DNA of 61,476 nt, filler included, from Chloroflexota bacterium (lineage in GTDB: Bacteria; Chloroflexota; Chloroflexia; QHBQ01): the NCBI GenBank assembly GCA_043754535.1. It is 4 parts of 4 records of this genome, joined end to end, with 100 filler letters (N's around TTAATTAATTAA, not from the genome) between each part and the next. Parts side by side here need not be neighbours in the genome. Positions count along the whole stretch, not along the records: positions 46,567 to 61,476 come from JAYUUN010000042.1; 3 more parts are not named here. The stretch is one strand, 5' to 3'. Shown here one piece after another: positions 60,160 through 61,476 of this stretch. The translations under genes and the position numbers were made by a program. Every line of letters starts with the position of its first letter. Position 1 is the first letter of the stretch. The notes below the pieces were generated by a model. The model saw only the letters and a list, made by a program, of their open reading frames with translations. It was not told the origin of the DNA and made no database searches.

Positions 60160-60507
60160 TTGAGGAGAATTGTTGAGGACTTGCTCCGTATTGACGGGGT
60201 GATCGGTGCGCTGCTAGTTGGCAAAGACGGGTTGGTGATTGCCAGCACGATGCTCGACGACGAGGATGCCGAGGTGTTGGGGGCAATGGCGGCGGCGATG
60301 TACGGCACGCTGACCAAAGCCTGTGAGCGGATCGGGGTCGGCGGCCTGACCGACTCTATAGTACAAGCCGCCGAGGGAACGATCCAGTTGATGGAAACCG
60401 ATGACATCATCCTGGTGGTAATCGCCGAGAAGCGGGTCAACATCGGCATGGTGAAGATCGAGATGCGTCGAGCCAGCAAGCGGGTACGCGAGGCGATCCC
60501 GCTCTAG
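60160..60507 (+). CDS. Roadblock/LC7 (MglB-like) protein
   Basis: DGVIGALLVGKDGLVIAS, LGAMAAAM, NIGMVKIEM; GAGGAGG RBS. Confidence 0.92.
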   Translation: MRRIVEDLLRIDGVIGALLVGKDGLVIASTMLDDEDAEVLGAMAAAMYGTLTKACERIGVGGLTDSIVQAAEGTIQLMETDDIILVVIAEKRVNIGMVKIEMRRASKRVREAIPL

Positions 60508-60782
60508 CCTACCGAGTTGAAGGTGGGTAGAACAAGGGCGTGCTGTGCGAGCAGTACGCCCTCCCCTTGTGCTGTATATCGCCCCTAGTTGCGCCATGTA
60601 TAGCAAAGCAAGAAGCCTCCACCCGAAGGATCAGTGCAACATACCCCTAATGTTGGCGTTATCAGGGGATTCAGGTTTTAATCCCCACTCATCCTTCGCG
60701 GTGGGTGCAACCTGGGGCTTGTTGCTAGTGGGCTGCTCCTTGCCCCAGAGTTGTTGGCTGGGGCTATTCTGGGGGCGCAGCA

Positions 60783-60959
60783 CTAGGTACTGACTTTCAG
60801 TTGGCGTAGGATGAACTCACGTAGCTCAACCAGGCTGTTGAAGTAGTACACACCGTCCGACTGTGCGTATTTGGCACAACCGCGCCACTCGCCGGGGGCT
60901 TGCTGCCCACCTGCTTCCCGCCAGAAGCGGATCACAAATTGCTGGGTTGAGTTGGACAT
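60783..60959 (-). CDS. Small 58 aa hypothetical protein (below ORF-track cutoff)
   Basis: GAAGGA RBS; MSNSTQQFVIRFWREAGGQQAPGEWRGCAKYAQSDGVYYFNSLVELREFILRQLKVST. Confidence 0.75.
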   Translation of the reverse strand: MSNSTQQFVIRFWREAGGQQAPGEWRGCAKYAQSDGVYYFNSLVELREFILRQLKVST

Positions 60960-61023
60960 TGCTGTTTCCTTCTAGCTCTGGGGCTGCCCAGTCTATCTTG
61001 AGTGAGACGACCACCAGCCACTG

Positions 61024-61200
61024 TCACTGCGCCGAGGCGATGGCGGTGTCGAGGCGGTTGAGGTTGGCTACGGCCAGGTTGATCATGCTCATCAGCTTGC
61101 GGCCATGCTCCTTCAAATCGCCCCTGAAGATTGGGCGCAGCGTAGGGTCAAGCACGAGGCGGGCGTAAATCGGGCCAGCGACAATGCGCTGACAGATACA
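61024..61200 (-). pseudogene. Globin (flavohemoglobin-type single domain) remnant
   Basis: IYARLVLDPTLRPIFRGDLKEHGRKLMSMINLAVANLNRLD then stop before proximal His. Confidence 0.7.
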
Positions 61201-61476
61201 TTGTAGCAGGAAGGGGTGGGCGATACTGTCGGATTTTGTTGGTAGTGATGTAGTATCTCTGCCGCGCTGCTGAGCGTGGTGGCGAGGAAACGAACACAAG
61301 CTCCAGGGAGGCCGAGGCTGGCTTCCTGGTGGCGGGTGAGGTAGGGTTGGGTGGAGAGGAGGAGGCTGGCTCTAGCTACCCTGCTTTCGAGCGTTGGGAG
61401 CAAAAGCAGCGGGCCACTGCGCTAACCCAGGAACGTGGCCGTCTGTCGTCCCCTGTAGCTCTACCAGCACATCTAC

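Overview
GC-rich bacterial DNA, most likely Chloroflexota (SLH-anchored secreted proteins, FERARFEYHP-type repeats, TPR plus roadblock pair; inferred from protein motifs only). The window is four unrelated contig pieces joined by artificial N-TTAATTAATTAA-N linkers (15744-15843, 31273-31372, 46467-46566), so synteny across these is not real. Piece 1: an ask(lysC)-asd operon whose leader carries a SAM-I riboswitch followed in tandem by a Thr-specific T-box (the clearest unusual element), a GH50-like glycosidase, GT-C glycosyltransferase, M23-bactofilin pair, orphan MCP, MFS/PPOX genes and a CopCD/YVTN copper module. Piece 2: a decaying accessory island with two beta-propeller paralogues, mosaic pseudogenes, an IS3 remnant, a stand-alone class I terpene synthase, a STAND/TPR pseudogene and the 3' end of a MADS/Dpt-like defence operon (nuclease plus FtsK ATPase). 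Piece 3: DUF4139 protein, dapL, bcp, asparaginase II, PspC protein, a WYL regulator with a PafBC-like promoter motif ahead of VOC/prenyltransferase-like/AlkA genes, and a degenerate M20 peptidase. Piece 4: secreted BNR-SLH and CAP proteins, a ~2140 aa TPR protein with a huge disordered QPFSFDD-repeat linker next to a roadblock/MglB-like gene, an unannotated 58 aa protein and a globin remnant. All calls come from manual motif recognition, not database searches.
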